A stretch of DNA of 60,103 nt from Alphaproteobacteria bacterium (GCA_017631895.1 JAGBSK010000035.1:1-60103), one strand, 5' to 3'; counted from the stretch's first letter, positions 35,913 to 46,783 are shown. Made by a program: numbers and translations. Notes: generated by a model not told the origin, from the sequence alone.

Positions 35913-36737
35913 ATGAAAGGCATTTTTGCGTTATTGTCTGTATTTTTTATGATGCCGGCGTTCGGTGCATCGGTTGTTGCAACCGTTAATGGCGCGCCAA
36001 TTACAGATACTGATATTACCGCACGTACCAAATTGATGGCGCGCCAGGGACAGACTTCGACCGATAATCGTCGCGTGGCATTACAAAGTATTATTGATGA
36101 CAGCGTAAAATTGGCATATGCCCAGAACTTTAATGCCGTGCCAGACGATAAAACGGTGGATGCGGAACTGAAAAAAATGAAACTTGGGGATGATTTAAGT
36201 GCGACCGAACGCGAAATGGCACGAAATGCGTTGCGCGCCGAAATCGCATGGCAGATTGTTGTTGCACGTACCGTTATGCCGACGGTTGACGCAACAGACG
36301 AAGATATTGCAAATGAACGTGCAAATATTGCACGCGAACATGGATTGCCAATTGAAATGACAATTGTACGACTGACGGATGTGCCGGCAGATGTGGTTGC
36401 GAAACTTGCCAAGCCAAAAACATGTGATGCGGCGATTGAAATGGCGGAATCTTTGGGTGGCGTGCCTCAGAAATTTACCGCATTGCAATATGAATTGTCG
36501 GCGGATTTACGCGAACGCGTGGCAACGTTGCCAAATATGACATGGTCCAAGCGTGCAGAAGACGGTTCTGTACTGTTGGTGTGCAGTACAAAAAAAACAG
36601 ACGAATATAAAAATCTGGATGAGGTTATCAAACAAAACACAATCTATAAACAGGCCATGTTCATGGCAGACCAACAGTTAAAGCAGTTGCGTCGCAAAGC
36701 GGTTGTTGTAATCAATGACGAACGGTATAAATTATGA
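35913..36737 (+). CDS. SurA N-terminal-domain periplasmic chaperone (no obvious parvulin domain)
   Basis: 274-aa ORF. Signal peptide MKGIFALLSVFFMMPAFGA. VVATVNGAPITDTDITARTKL typical SurA_N start. Position after lptD as in many Proteobacteria. Confidence 0.65.
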   Translation: MKGIFALLSVFFMMPAFGASVVATVNGAPITDTDITARTKLMARQGQTSTDNRRVALQSIIDDSVKLAYAQNFNAVPDDKTVDAELKKMKLGDDLSATEREMARNALRAEIAWQIVVARTVMPTVDATDEDIANERANIAREHGLPIEMTIVRLTDVPADVVAKLAKPKTCDAAIEMAESLGGVPQKFTALQYELSADLRERVATLPNMTWSKRAEDGSVLLVCSTKKTDEYKNLDEVIKQNTIYKQAMFMADQQLKQLRRKAVVVINDERYKL

Positions 36738-37837
36738 AAAAAATCCTATTTAATCTGACGGATGCAGAATTAGAAAAATTTATTGTGGACATGGGTCAAC
36801 CACGTTTTCGCGCAAAACAAATTCGCGAATGGTTAAATCGGGGCGCGCCTGATTTTATGTCTATGAAAAATATTCCCGAATCTTTGCGGGACGCATTGGA
36901 TGAAGTGGCGCAGACATTGCCTGTTAAAATTATCAAGAAATTGGAATCGTCAGATGGTGAAACAACTAAGTTTCTGTTGGAATTAAATGACGGCGAACAG
37001 ATTGAATGTGTGTTAATGCGCACAACATACGGAAACAGCGTCTGCGTCAGTTCCCAGGCAGGATGTGCAATGGGATGTAAATTCTGTGCCAGTACGTTGT
37101 TGGGACTGAAACGGAATTTAACCGCTAATGAAATTTTCTCGCAAATCTTGGTTGCACAATGGGAACTGCGTGCCGATAAATTTAATGACAAACCAATTAG
37201 ACCAAATGGTGACGCAAACAATGGGGACGTGTCGCACATTGTAATCATGGGAACAGGTGAACCATTACAAAATACAGAAAACGTGATTGACTTTATTGAA
37301 CGCGCAAACCGCGATATGGGTATCGGTTGGCGACGAATTACGGTTTCAACATGCGGTATTGTGCCTGGGATTGATCGCTTAATCGAATGGGGGCGACCAA
37401 TTAATCTGGCGATATCTTTGCATGCGCCAACGGATGAATTGCGTTCGCAAATTATGCCAATTAACAACAAGTATAAATTGAACGATGTTTTGGACGCTGC
37501 GTGGCGTTTTACGGACAATCATAATCGCCAGTTGATGATTGAATATATTCTGTTGGGCAAAAAAAATGAAAACGGCGAAACCGAATTGTACAACGCAACC
37601 CCAGAATACGCGGAAAAATTGTCAGAACTGTTGCGCGGGAAAAATTGTATGGTGAATTTAATCCCATGGAATGCGGTTGATGAACGCGACTTTGCATCCC
37701 TGTCGGGGAATGCGGTTCATCGATTCCAAGATACCCTGATTAAAAACGGTATTCACACGCGCATCAGACGTGAACGTGGAACGGATATTGGGTCAGCCTG
37801 TGGGCAACTGCGTCTGAACAACGCAAAACGTAAATAA
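36734..37837 (+). CDS. rlmN: 23S rRNA/tRNA m2A methyltransferase RlmN (radical SAM)
   Basis: 367-aa ORF. FRAKQIREW, radical-SAM CAMGCKFCAS, GTGEPL, catalytic GSACGQL. Confidence 0.95.
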   Translation: MKKILFNLTDAELEKFIVDMGQPRFRAKQIREWLNRGAPDFMSMKNIPESLRDALDEVAQTLPVKIIKKLESSDGETTKFLLELNDGEQIECVLMRTTYGNSVCVSSQAGCAMGCKFCASTLLGLKRNLTANEIFSQILVAQWELRADKFNDKPIRPNGDANNGDVSHIVIMGTGEPLQNTENVIDFIERANRDMGIGWRRITVSTCGIVPGIDRLIEWGRPINLAISLHAPTDELRSQIMPINNKYKLNDVLDAAWRFTDNHNRQLMIEYILLGKKNENGETELYNATPEYAEKLSELLRGKNCMVNLIPWNAVDERDFASLSGNAVHRFQDTLIKNGIHTRIRRERGTDIGSACGQLRLNNAKRK

Positions 37838-37866
37838 AAAAACCGCCACAACGGCGGTTTATTTTT
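37836..37866. terminator. bidirectional intrinsic terminator (rlmN / thioesterase gene)
   Basis: A7-AACCGCC-ACAAC-GGCGGTT-TATTTTTA. Confidence 0.75.
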
Positions 37867-38593
37867 ATATTTCGTCCCAATGACAGATTACAACGGCGTG
37901 TACTGTGTCGCCAACACAGATTTTGTGTCTTGATACCAATCCATCAATTGCAACATCTATGCGAATTTCAGGGGTGTCGGGAGATACCTCTTTCTTGAAA
38001 TTGATGTCGATTTTACGCAGTTTGTGTTGTGTGCGATATTGATATCCAACACTTTCCGTTGCCCAGACCGCATAGACCGCGTTGTTTATATGCTGGTTCA
38101 CGTCAATATCATCAAACCGGCATTTCATAACATGGGTTTTGTTTGTATCAAAGTCTGGAAACTTGTCAAAAGCGCAACCATATGCGCGGTGTGGCACCAC
38201 CACATCCGGCGACAGATGATTTGCCAATGGCAACGGACGACGCGTCGCCATATCAATCAAAATCCATTGGGATGTGGCACGAACCATTAAACGACCATCC
38301 GCGCCATGAATTTCAAAATCACGCGTGGCACGCAGGGCATCCTGGCACGAAGGCCATGTGGAAAATGTTAGTTCTTCGCCCTCGGTCGGTAATTCGATTA
38401 TATCAACCAGGTAATACATTACAACCCAGCCAACACCATGTTCCAGGCAATATGTACGACCACAGCCCAAAAATTCCGCATGGCGGTCGGCAATCGATTG
38501 CAATTCGTTCATCAAAATCAATGGACGGACATTGCCAAAACGGTCGCACTGATATGCCTGTAAAACACGCGTTTCAATCAGTTTATCTGCCAT
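37865..38593 (-). CDS. acyl-ACP thioesterase (double hot-dog, FatA/B-like)
   Basis: 242-aa ORF. CDRFGNVRPLILMNELQ, GVGWVV, RFDDIDVNQHINNAVYAVWATE resemble the Acyl-ACP_TE family. Start is 3 nt after the valS stop. Confidence 0.7.
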   Translation of the reverse strand: MADKLIETRVLQAYQCDRFGNVRPLILMNELQSIADRHAEFLGCGRTYCLEHGVGWVVMYYLVDIIELPTEGEELTFSTWPSCQDALRATRDFEIHGADGRLMVRATSQWILIDMATRRPLPLANHLSPDVVVPHRAYGCAFDKFPDFDTNKTHVMKCRFDDIDVNQHINNAVYAVWATESVGYQYRTQHKLRKIDINFKKEVSPDTPEIRIDVAIDGLVSRHKICVGDTVHAVVICHWDEI

Positions 38594-38596
38594 GAT

Positions 38597-41002
38597 TTAC
38601 CCCGCAATGTTTTGGGTCGCCACAACAAAATCTAATGCGTCACCCAACTGAATTTCATTCGCGCGTGCCGCAGATTTAATCAGAACATGCAAAACCGCCG
38701 GTGTGTCAGATGGAATCGTTAACGTTTCCAGTTTTGCACCGTTGCCAATTTTCCGATCTGTGCGCAGACCACGGATGTTTTTCAACAGTTCCAACGCAAT
38801 ATTCATTGTCGATACATCTGTTTCATATTCGGCAATAACGTCCGGGTATGCGGTCAGGTGTAATGTTTCGCCACCTTCGGTTGGTTTGTAAATTTTCTGC
38901 CACAATTCTTCGGTCAGGAATGGTATAAATGGCGCATACAGGCCAATTATCGCACGCAGTACTGTGTACAATGTCCATTGTGCAGACAATTTGGATTCTG
39001 CGCTGTATTTTTCAGGTGCCCAGAAGCGATCCTTGATGAATTCCAAATACTGGTCACAGAAAATATCCCAGAAGAATGTGTCGATGGCTGCGCGTGAATT
39101 GTAATTGTCATATTTATCCAAGTGTTTGCGCGTTTCTGCAATTGTCTTGTTCAATTCGTTCAGAACCCAACGATCTTCGATAAAGCGTTCAGATACAGGT
39201 ACCACGGGTGCCGTTTTTGGATCAAAATCAGACAAGTTCATCAGAACGTATTTAGACGCGTTCCACAATTTTGTCAGCAGTTTTGAACCGCGTTTAACTT
39301 CGTCATCACTATATCGCAGGTCGGTGCCAATTGGGGCGGTCGCAATCCAATAGCGCAATGCGTCCGCACCAAATTTATCAACCGCAGTTAATGGGTCGGT
39401 ACCGTTGCCCTTGGTTTTGGACATTTTTTGCCCCTTGGAATCGCGTACCAAACCGTGGAAGTTTACGGTCTTGAATGGCACGTCGCCCATAACGTACATA
39501 CCCATCATAACCATACGCGCCACCCAGAAGAAGATGATGTCTGCACCGGTGTACAACAAGTCAGTTGGATAATACTTTTTTAATTCCAATGTGTCGTCTG
39601 GCCAACCCAATGTGGAAAATGGCCACAGACCAGATGAAAACCATGTGTCCAGAACGTCTGGGTCGCGGGTCAATGTTTTGCCACCTGCCATTTTAATCGC
39701 TTCTTCTTCGGTTTCTGCAACATAAACCCGACCGTCTGCGTCGTACCACGCCGGAATATGATGTCCCCACCACAACTGACGTGAAATTGTCCAAGGACGA
39801 ATACCCTTCATCCATGCCATAAATAGGTTATAACGATGTTCAGGCAGGAATTTAATACGACCCTCTTCTACTGCCTTAATCGCAGGAATCGCCAACTTTT
39901 CCGCGTCTACAAACCATTGATCCGTCAGGTATGGTTCAACCGGAACACCACCACGTTCAGAATATGGTGTTGGAATAACCTTGTCTTCTATCTTGACCAA
40001 CAGACCCGCTGCTTCGATATCTGCAACAACCGCTTCGCGCGCCTTGTATCGATCCAAGCCACGATATTTTTCAGGAACCACAGGGTTGTCGTTTAATTTC
40101 GCGTCCGGGGTCAAAATGCAAACCGGGGTCAGGTTATGACGGACACCAACTTCCCAGTCATCAAAGTCGTGGGCCGGGGTAATTTTTACCGCACCGGTAC
40201 CCTTGTCCGGGTCGGCATGTTCGTCCGCGATAATTGGAATTTCAATATCGGTCAATGGAATGATTGCGCGTTTGCCAATCAAATGTTTTAATTTTTCGTT
40301 TTCAGGGTGCACCGCAATCGCCTGGTCCCCGAATAAAGTTTCAGGACGTGTTGTTGCAATTTCAATCGCGCCACCGTCAACCAACTGATAGTTGAAGTAA
40401 TAGAATTTGCCCTTTTCGTCGCGGGTTTCAACTTCTAAATCAGAAACGGATGTCTGCTGTTTTGGGCACCAGTTTACCAGACGCTTTTCACGGTAAATTA
40501 AGCCCTCGTTATACATTTTTACAAACAGTTTTGTAACGGCGTTCGACAGCCCTTCGTCCATTGTAAAACGTTCGCGCGACCAAACAGGTGTCACCCCCAG
40601 AACATGCAACTGGTTCATAATCTGACCCCCCTTGTCAGCCTTCCACGTCCAGGCGGCATTTAATTTTTCAGCCAACGACAATGAATGAGGATTTATGCCA
40701 CGCTTGGACAAATCACGTTCAACCAACAACTGGGTCGCGATTGATGCGTGGTCGGTTCCCGGTTGCCACAGGACATCAAAACCGCACATACGTTTATAGC
40801 GACATACAATATCTGTCAAAACATTGTCCAGCGCATGCCCCATGTGCAAATTACCCGTCACGTTTGGTGGTGGCATCATGATACAAAATGCCGGTTTTTC
40901 AGACGCAACATCATTGTTCCAGAATGTGCTGTGGTCCCAAAATTCCTGGATTTTTGTTTCGATTTCACGTGGATTTATATTTTTGCCCAATTCTATATTC
41001 AT
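38597..41002 (-). CDS. valS: valyl-tRNA synthetase (compact, 801 aa)
   Basis: HIGH region PPPNVTGNLHMGHA, DVLDTWFSSGLWPFSTLGWP, KMSKTKGN. Start at MNIELGK (ATG 41002), not the track start 41059. Confidence 0.95.
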   Translation of the reverse strand: MNIELGKNINPREIETKIQEFWDHSTFWNNDVASEKPAFCIMMPPPNVTGNLHMGHALDNVLTDIVCRYKRMCGFDVLWQPGTDHASIATQLLVERDLSKRGINPHSLSLAEKLNAAWTWKADKGGQIMNQLHVLGVTPVWSRERFTMDEGLSNAVTKLFVKMYNEGLIYREKRLVNWCPKQQTSVSDLEVETRDEKGKFYYFNYQLVDGGAIEIATTRPETLFGDQAIAVHPENEKLKHLIGKRAIIPLTDIEIPIIADEHADPDKGTGAVKITPAHDFDDWEVGVRHNLTPVCILTPDAKLNDNPVVPEKYRGLDRYKAREAVVADIEAAGLLVKIEDKVIPTPYSERGGVPVEPYLTDQWFVDAEKLAIPAIKAVEEGRIKFLPEHRYNLFMAWMKGIRPWTISRQLWWGHHIPAWYDADGRVYVAETEEEAIKMAGGKTLTRDPDVLDTWFSSGLWPFSTLGWPDDTLELKKYYPTDLLYTGADIIFFWVARMVMMGMYVMGDVPFKTVNFHGLVRDSKGQKMSKTKGNGTDPLTAVDKFGADALRYWIATAPIGTDLRYSDDEVKRGSKLLTKLWNASKYVLMNLSDFDPKTAPVVPVSERFIEDRWVLNELNKTIAETRKHLDKYDNYNSRAAIDTFFWDIFCDQYLEFIKDRFWAPEKYSAESKLSAQWTLYTVLRAIIGLYAPFIPFLTEELWQKIYKPTEGGETLHLTAYPDVIAEYETDVSTMNIALELLKNIRGLRTDRKIGNGAKLETLTIPSDTPAVLHVLIKSAARANEIQLGDALDFVVATQNIAG

Positions 41003-41091
41003 GTTTGTTGTCCTGTTTATAAAAATAATCTGGTTCAAATCGTACCAGATTAAATTCAAATTTCAAGATTTTAACAATATATACCACAAAT

Positions 41092-41120
41092 AAAAATCCC
41101 GCCGGGTGGCGGGAATTTTT
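41092..41120 (-). terminator. infB intrinsic terminator
   Basis: AAAAA-TCCCGCC-GGGT-GGCGGGA-ATTTTT straddling the infB stop. Confidence 0.7.
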
Positions 41121-43527
41121 ATAACTGGGCGCGAACTTCTTCGACCTCGTAACATTCGACGCGGTCGCCTTCTTTCAAGTCATTATACTTGTCAAAAGAC
41201 ATACCAAATTCAACACCACCTGATACTTCTTTAACCTCGTTCTTTTCGCGGCGCAACTGTCCGATTTTGCCGTCATAGATAACAACATTGTTGCGTAACA
41301 AACGAACGAACGCGTCTTTCTTAATCGTGCCTTCGGTCATGCGACAGCCCGCAACGCGTACGCCTTTGCCGACCGTGAACAATGCGATAACGTCCGCATA
41401 GCCGATAAATGTTTCGCGCTTTTCAGGTGCCAATTTACCAGACAGAATTTCTTTGATTTCGTCCGTAATGCGATATACAACGCTGTGATAGCGAATGTCA
41501 ACACCATTGTTGCGTGCCATATCACGAACCGCAGAATCTGCACGTACGTTAAACGCAATAATCACCGCGCCAGATGCCGTCGCAAGGCGGATGTCGCCTT
41601 CGGTAATTTGACCAACACCAGACGACAGGATTTCAACACCAACCTTGTCTGTTGTAATGTCTTTGACCATGTCAGAAATCGCCTCGACAGAACCCTGAAC
41701 ATCTGCACGCAAGATGATTGGCAAGATAAGTTTTTTGGACTCGTCACGTTTGGCAAACAATTCTTCCAATGATGAACGTTTAACCGCGTTTGCACGGTCC
41801 TTGGCCTGCTGAGTGCGATATGCAGCAACTTCACGCGTTTGTGCTTCGTTTTCCATAACACGCAATTCATCGCCCGCGCCCGGCACAGAATCCAGCCCCA
41901 AAACAACCGCAGGTTGGCCCGGCTTTACAGATTTTACACGTTCGCCAGCGGAATTGATTAAACCACGAACGCGTCCAAATGTTTCACCAACAACAAATAC
42001 ATCACCGATTTTCAATGTACCCTGGCGCATCAGGACGGTCGCAACCGACCCTAAGCCTTTTTCCATCTTGGCTTCGACAACATATGCAACAGCCGGCATT
42101 TCTGCATCAGCCTTTAATTCCATCATTTCTGCCTGCAACAGGATTGCGTCTTCCAGTTTGTCCAGACCGATTTTCTTGGTCGCAGAAATTTCAACGCATT
42201 GGACATCGCCACCCATTTCTTCTACCTGAACTTCCTGTTGCAACAAGTCGGTCTTAACACGGGTTGGGTTTGCTTCGGGCAGGTCGATTTTGTTAATCGC
42301 AACAATAAATGGAACGTTTGCCGCACGGATGTGGTTAATAGCCTCAATCGTTTGTGGCATGATAGAATCGTTTGCCGCAACAACCAATACAACAATGTCC
42401 GCCATCTGGGCACCACGGGCGCGCATAGCGGTAAATGTTTCATGACCCGGCGTGTCCAAGAATGTAATCATGGCACCGGATTTTGTTTTAACCTCGTACG
42501 ATGAAACGTGTTGGGTAATACCGCCCGCTTCGCCCGCTGCAACGTTCGCATTTCGGAACGCGTCCAGCAGGGACGTTTTACCATGGTCAACGTGTCCCAC
42601 AACGGTCACAACTGGCGCACGTGGCGTCATGTGTTCTGGGTTTGGTTCACGTTCCAGAATATCTGCGTATGGTTTTACAACAACGCGTTTTACTGTCGCG
42701 CCAAATTCAGTTGCAATCAATTCTGCGGTGTCGGCATCAATAGACTGATTCACGGACACCATCATGCCCATTTCCATCAATTTTTTGATAACATTACCCG
42801 CCTTTTCAGCCATTGCAGCCGCCAGGTCTTTGACCGTAATTGTGTCGCCCAGGTTGACAACATGTTCAACCTTTTGTGGGGCAGAAAATACGGCGCGCGC
42901 CTTTTCACGGAAACGTTTTAGGGACGCTTCGGAACGACGGCGGTTTGCACCACGAATGCCGATTTCATCATCGTCATCATCGCCACCACCCATAACAATA
43001 TCGTTCAGGTGAATTTTACCAGATTTTTTGAAATCTTTTTTGTTATTGAATTTACCAGGACGCGTGTCTTCGTCGTCTGCGTTGCGACCACGACGCGATG
43101 CGCCTGCAACCGCATTGTTTGTGAATACCTTGGGTGCGGGTGCCGCCTTGGGCTTTTGCACAGGGACTTCTTCGGCAACATCAGAAGCATCCCCTGCATT
43201 CGCATTTTCGCGAGCAGCCAACTGGGATTTGACCTGTTCGTATTCGCGATTTTCGCGTTCAATTTCCGCGTCGCGGGCGGCACGGGCTGCGGCCTCTTCG
43301 GCTTCGCGGGCCTTGCGTTCTTCTTCGCGGGCCTTGGCCGCCGCCAATACCGCGCGCAGTTTTTCATCCGCTGCATTTTTTGGTGCGGATGGCGCGATCG
43401 GCTCATCGCGTAATTCCTTGCTGCCGGGCGCAACAACGCGGCGACGACGTTCAACGAAGACCGCGTCGCCCTTTTTACTGCGCACAGCATCAGTTGTTAC
43501 AGATTTTCCAAGTGTCAATGTTGCCAT
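41119..43527 (-). CDS. infB: translation initiation factor IF-2
   Basis: 802-aa ORF. Charged N-terminal region. GTPase [28 protein letters not shown]. Conserved C-terminal domains. Confidence 0.97.
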   Translation of the reverse strand: MATLTLGKSVTTDAVRSKKGDAVFVERRRRVVAPGSKELRDEPIAPSAPKNAADEKLRAVLAAAKAREEERKAREAEEAAARAARDAEIERENREYEQVKSQLAARENANAGDASDVAEEVPVQKPKAAPAPKVFTNNAVAGASRRGRNADDEDTRPGKFNNKKDFKKSGKIHLNDIVMGGGDDDDDEIGIRGANRRRSEASLKRFREKARAVFSAPQKVEHVVNLGDTITVKDLAAAMAEKAGNVIKKLMEMGMMVSVNQSIDADTAELIATEFGATVKRVVVKPYADILEREPNPEHMTPRAPVVTVVGHVDHGKTSLLDAFRNANVAAGEAGGITQHVSSYEVKTKSGAMITFLDTPGHETFTAMRARGAQMADIVVLVVAANDSIMPQTIEAINHIRAANVPFIVAINKIDLPEANPTRVKTDLLQQEVQVEEMGGDVQCVEISATKKIGLDKLEDAILLQAEMMELKADAEMPAVAYVVEAKMEKGLGSVATVLMRQGTLKIGDVFVVGETFGRVRGLINSAGERVKSVKPGQPAVVLGLDSVPGAGDELRVMENEAQTREVAAYRTQQAKDRANAVKRSSLEELFAKRDESKKLILPIILRADVQGSVEAISDMVKDITTDKVGVEILSSGVGQITEGDIRLATASGAVIIAFNVRADSAVRDMARNNGVDIRYHSVVYRITDEIKEILSGKLAPEKRETFIGYADVIALFTVGKGVRVAGCRMTEGTIKKDAFVRLLRNNVVIYDGKIGQLRREKNEVKEVSGGVEFGMSFDKYNDLKEGDRVECYEVEEVRAQL

Positions 43528-43558
43528 GTTTTAACAACTCCGTCTGTTTTATATATTT

Positions 43559-45097
43559 TTATTCATTGTCTTTGGTTATACCGTATGCCAGTTCACGTGC
43601 CTTCATAATCACGCGACCCGCCAAACGAGATGACATTGTATCTTCGCCCAAGATTTCAACCAATTCGTCTGTTGCAAGGTCCGCCAAATCTTCCAAAGAT
43701 TTAATGCCACCTTCGCCCAGTTTCATGATTGTTGGACGTTTGATAAAATCAAATTTCAACAGGTCGTCGGACATGCCCAATTTATGACCCGCGTCCATAT
43801 AATCGCTTTCGATTTTTTCCAGATAATCCTTGGCGCGTTTCTGCAATTCCGCCGCCAATTCTGGGTTAAAGCCTTCGATGCTTTCCAGTTCGGACACATC
43901 CACGAATGCAATTTCTTCGATTGTACGGAACCCTTCGGTAATCAGCAATTGCGCAATCATTTCGTCGACGTCCAGACCACCGATAAACAATTCTGTCTTT
44001 TCCTTGAATTCCTTGGCACGACGTTCTTGTTCTTCGGTTTCGTTCATAACATCGATGTTCCAGCCAGTCAATTGGGACGCCAGACGTACGTTCTGACCAC
44101 GACGACCGATTGCAAGCGACTGCTGGTCTTCGTTCACAACAACCGCCGCGCTGCGTGTATCTTCGTCAACGATGATTTTCGCGACCTTGGCCGGTTGCAT
44201 AGCATTAACAATAAATACCGCAGGGTCTTCGGAATACAAGATAACGTCAATCTTTTCACCATGACATTCGTTGATAACCGGCTGGATACGTGTACCCTTA
44301 ATCCCCACAGTCATACCAACCGCATCAATAGATGGATCCGCCGTTTCAACAGCAATTTTCGCGTGCGAGCCAGGTGCGCGCGCAACAGATTTAATCTTGA
44401 TAACACCTTCATAAATTTCTGGCACTTCCTGGATGAACAGTTTTTCCATAAACATTGGATGTGTACGTGTCAGGAAAATCTGGGGACCCGTATTGGAACG
44501 CGCAACGTCCATAATCAATGCACGTACGCGGTCGCCAACATTCAAGCGTTCGCCCGGGATTAATTCTGTGCCTTTGATATAGCCTTCGGCCTTGCCATTA
44601 ATATCGACATAAACACTGCCGAATTCGATACGTTTTACAATACCGCTGACGATGTCGCCGATATTGTCTTTGAATTCTTCGAACTGACGACCCTTTTCTG
44701 CGTCGCGAACACGGGTTGTCATAATCTGTTTCGCGGTCTGGAATGCCATACGACCAAATTCAGGTTCCGGCAGCGCATCTTCGACCACGTCGCCAACAAC
44801 CGGATTCTTGGCATACTTTTTCGCCTGGGCCACCGTCAGCATTGTGTTTGCATCATATTCTTCGCCCACAGATTCCGGGGATTCGATAACAGTAAATAGA
44901 CGCTTGACATGTATTGCCCCATTTTTGCGGTCAATATCCGCAACAATATTAAATTCTTCGCCATATTTATGTTTGGCAATTTTCGCGACCGCAATTTCCA
45001 ACGATTCAAAAACAATTTCACGATCAATTTGCTTTTCCTGGGCCAGCGAATCAATCGCCAACAACAAGTCCTGACGAGGCATTGATACAAAAGACAT
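43559..45097 (-). CDS. nusA: transcription termination/antitermination factor NusA
   Basis: S1 domain, tandem KH domains (IGRRGQNVRLASQLTGW) and C-terminal acidic repeats. ATG 45097 (MSFVSM) has AAGGAG 8 nt upstream, whereas the track start 45106 is GTG. Confidence 0.95.
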   Translation of the reverse strand: MSFVSMPRQDLLLAIDSLAQEKQIDREIVFESLEIAVAKIAKHKYGEEFNIVADIDRKNGAIHVKRLFTVIESPESVGEEYDANTMLTVAQAKKYAKNPVVGDVVEDALPEPEFGRMAFQTAKQIMTTRVRDAEKGRQFEEFKDNIGDIVSGIVKRIEFGSVYVDINGKAEGYIKGTELIPGERLNVGDRVRALIMDVARSNTGPQIFLTRTHPMFMEKLFIQEVPEIYEGVIKIKSVARAPGSHAKIAVETADPSIDAVGMTVGIKGTRIQPVINECHGEKIDVILYSEDPAVFIVNAMQPAKVAKIIVDEDTRSAAVVVNEDQQSLAIGRRGQNVRLASQLTGWNIDVMNETEEQERRAKEFKEKTELFIGGLDVDEMIAQLLITEGFRTIEEIAFVDVSELESIEGFNPELAAELQKRAKDYLEKIESDYMDAGHKLGMSDDLLKFDFIKRPTIMKLGEGGIKSLEDLADLATDELVEILGEDTMSSRLAGRVIMKARELAYGITKDNE

Positions 45098-45135
45098 CTT
45101 GTACACTCCTTTGCGTTATTACATGTCTTAGTAGA

Positions 45136-45162
45136 AGGGCGGGGTTTTTTCGACCCCGCCCT
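45136..45162 (-). promoter_or_regulatory. GC-rich hairpin in the nusA 5' leader
   Basis: Minus strand AGGGCGGGGU-CGAAAAA-ACCCCGCCCU followed by UCUACUAAG (weak U-tract), ~40 nt upstream of the nusA ATG. Confidence 0.4.
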
Positions 45163-45188
45163 TAAATTATTATTTAAGAACACTTGGT

Positions 45189-45216
45189 ATTATAAAGGCG
45201 AATTAGCAAAACGCAA
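45189..45216 (-). promoter_or_regulatory. promoter candidate for nusA-infB
   Basis: TTGCGT-N16-TATAAT on the minus strand. Confidence 0.4.
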
Positions 45217-45281
45217 GCAAAAATATAAACTTTTATAAAAATGTGGAATGTGGAATTTTTTTTATCTATAATCGGCGTGCT

Positions 45282-46325
45282 ATGATGAAAATAATTAAAT
45301 CTTTGTTTATGCCGGCGGCAAGTAAAACAACAGCCGGTGCATTGGCGACCAAATTTGGTCTGGAATTACGTGGGGATGCAAATGCGCCTGTGCGCGGGGT
45401 CGCGCCAATTGCGGATGCACGACCGGGTCAATTGGCGTTCTATTCCACAGAACAGAACAGTAATGCGTTCAAAATATTGCCGATAAGTGTGCTTGAAAAC
45501 ACGCGCGCAACCGTTATTCTGGTTCAGCCAGAAATGGCAAAGCATGCACCCGCGGGCGCAACGCTGTTAATCACGAACAGTCCACGCGGAAATATCGTAA
45601 AAATTTTGGGGGAAATTTATCGCGAAAAACCAAGATTCGGTATCAGCAAACATGCCTTTATCGAACGTGGCGTGTTTTTCCGTAAAAAACGCACTATTTA
45701 TGTTGGACAATTCGTTACGATTGAACGTGGCGCCGTGATTGAGCCTGAGGTTAAAATTTACCCAGGTGCATTTATCGGACGAAACGTTGTTTTGGGGCGT
45801 GGCACAATTGTGCAAAGTGGCGCACATATCGAAAACGCAACCATTGGCGCAAACAGCGTTATCAACGCAAACGCAGTTATCGGCAAGGACGGATTTGGGT
45901 ACACACGTCAAAATGGGAAAAATATCTTTATTCCGCATGTGGGACGTGTTGTTATTGGCGAACGTGTGTCGGTGGGTGCAAATACATGTATTGACCGCGG
46001 TGCAATGACTGACACAACAATTGGCGAGGGGACAAAAATCGACAACCTGTGCCAGATTGCACACGGGGTTGTTGTTGGCAAAGAATGTTTCTTGGCCAGC
46101 GGTGTGGGACTTGCCGGCGGGGTTGTTGTTGGCGACCGCGTATTGCTGGGCGGACACGTTGGTGTCGCAAATGGCGTAAAAATCGGAAATGATGCGTCGG
46201 TTGGCGCAAACAGTGGTGTATTCCGCAATGTACCTGATGGAGAATCCCATATGGGGTACCCAGCGGGACCGGGAACCGAATTTATGCGTCATTATGCGTG
46301 GCTGAAAAAACAGATGAAAAATTAA
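45282..46325 (+). CDS. lpxD: UDP-3-O-acylglucosamine N-acyltransferase
   Basis: Left-handed beta-helix hexapeptide repeats throughout (e.g. [37 protein letters not shown]). N-terminal uridine-binding-like domain. Start at MMKIIK (ATG 45282). Confidence 0.9.
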   Translation: MMKIIKSLFMPAASKTTAGALATKFGLELRGDANAPVRGVAPIADARPGQLAFYSTEQNSNAFKILPISVLENTRATVILVQPEMAKHAPAGATLLITNSPRGNIVKILGEIYREKPRFGISKHAFIERGVFFRKKRTIYVGQFVTIERGAVIEPEVKIYPGAFIGRNVVLGRGTIVQSGAHIENATIGANSVINANAVIGKDGFGYTRQNGKNIFIPHVGRVVIGERVSVGANTCIDRGAMTDTTIGEGTKIDNLCQIAHGVVVGKECFLASGVGLAGGVVVGDRVLLGGHVGVANGVKIGNDASVGANSGVFRNVPDGESHMGYPAGPGTEFMRHYAWLKKQMKN

Positions 46326-46342
46326 GGACGAGAGAGAGCAGT

Positions 46343-46783
46343 ATGATTGACTCAAAAGAAATTGAAAAAATTATTCCACATCGTGGCAATATGCGCCTGA
46401 TTGATGAAGTACGCGAATTCAGCGACACTAGTGCGGTTGGCATTAAATATGTGCGCGACGATGAATTCTGGTGCGATGGACACTTTCCGGGCAACCCAAT
46501 TATGCCGGGTGTTTTACAGGTCGAAGCGTTGGCCCAGACTGCATGCTTTGTCGCATTCAGCAGATTAAGCCCAGAAGAACGCGAAAACATGCTGGGGTAT
46601 TTTACATCTATGGAAAAAATTAAATTTTCACATATGGTGCGCCCAGGCGATAAATTGGAATTGCATGTAGAATTGTTAATGACGAAAATGAGTTTATATA
46701 AATTCCATGGCATTGCGTTGGTTGGTGGAAAAAAGGTTGCAGAATCTACATTTTCCGCCGTTCTGCAAAAGGTGCAAGAATAA
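46343..46783 (+). CDS. fabZ: 3-hydroxyacyl-ACP dehydratase FabZ
   Basis: IIPHRGNMRLIDEV and HFPGNPIMPGVLQVEALAQ active-site region. ATG 46343 preceded by GAGAGAGAG. Confidence 0.93.
   Translation: MIDSKEIEKIIPHRGNMRLIDEVREFSDTSAVGIKYVRDDEFWCDGHFPGNPIMPGVLQVEALAQTACFVAFSRLSPEERENMLGYFTSMEKIKFSHMVRPGDKLELHVELLMTKMSLYKFHGIALVGGKKVAESTFSAVLQKVQE

Noticed and set aside
41003-41091. Hairpin AAUCUGGU-N9-ACCAGAUU followed by AUUUUUAU upstream of valS as a Val attenuator
   Set aside because: There is no Val-rich mini-ORF in any frame. The stem is AU-rich. The most plausible promoter hexamers (TTGTTA-N17-TTTAAT) would start transcription inside the hairpin. It cannot be supported as a regulatory element from sequence alone.
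45241-45256. Tandem ATGTGGA-ATGTGGA repeat and other short repeats; search for CRISPR arrays or IS ends
   Set aside because: This is a two-copy 7-mer in the lpxD promoter region only. No regularly spaced repeats, inverted terminal repeats or transposase fragments were found anywhere in the window.
45567-46355. 262-aa ORF antisense to lpxD, and similar long antisense ORFs: 43784-44563 versus nusA, 43028-43534 versus infB, 36796-37518 versus rlmN, 35894-36412 versus surA-like, 46282-46887 versus fabZ, 17367-17921 versus murG, 55926-57018 versus fabG/fabD, 5489-6094 versus gyrA
   Set aside because: These are classic shadow ORFs opposite well-supported genes. Hexapeptide-repeat and codon-biased genes suppress antisense stop codons. 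The translations are low-complexity, and none has start signals.
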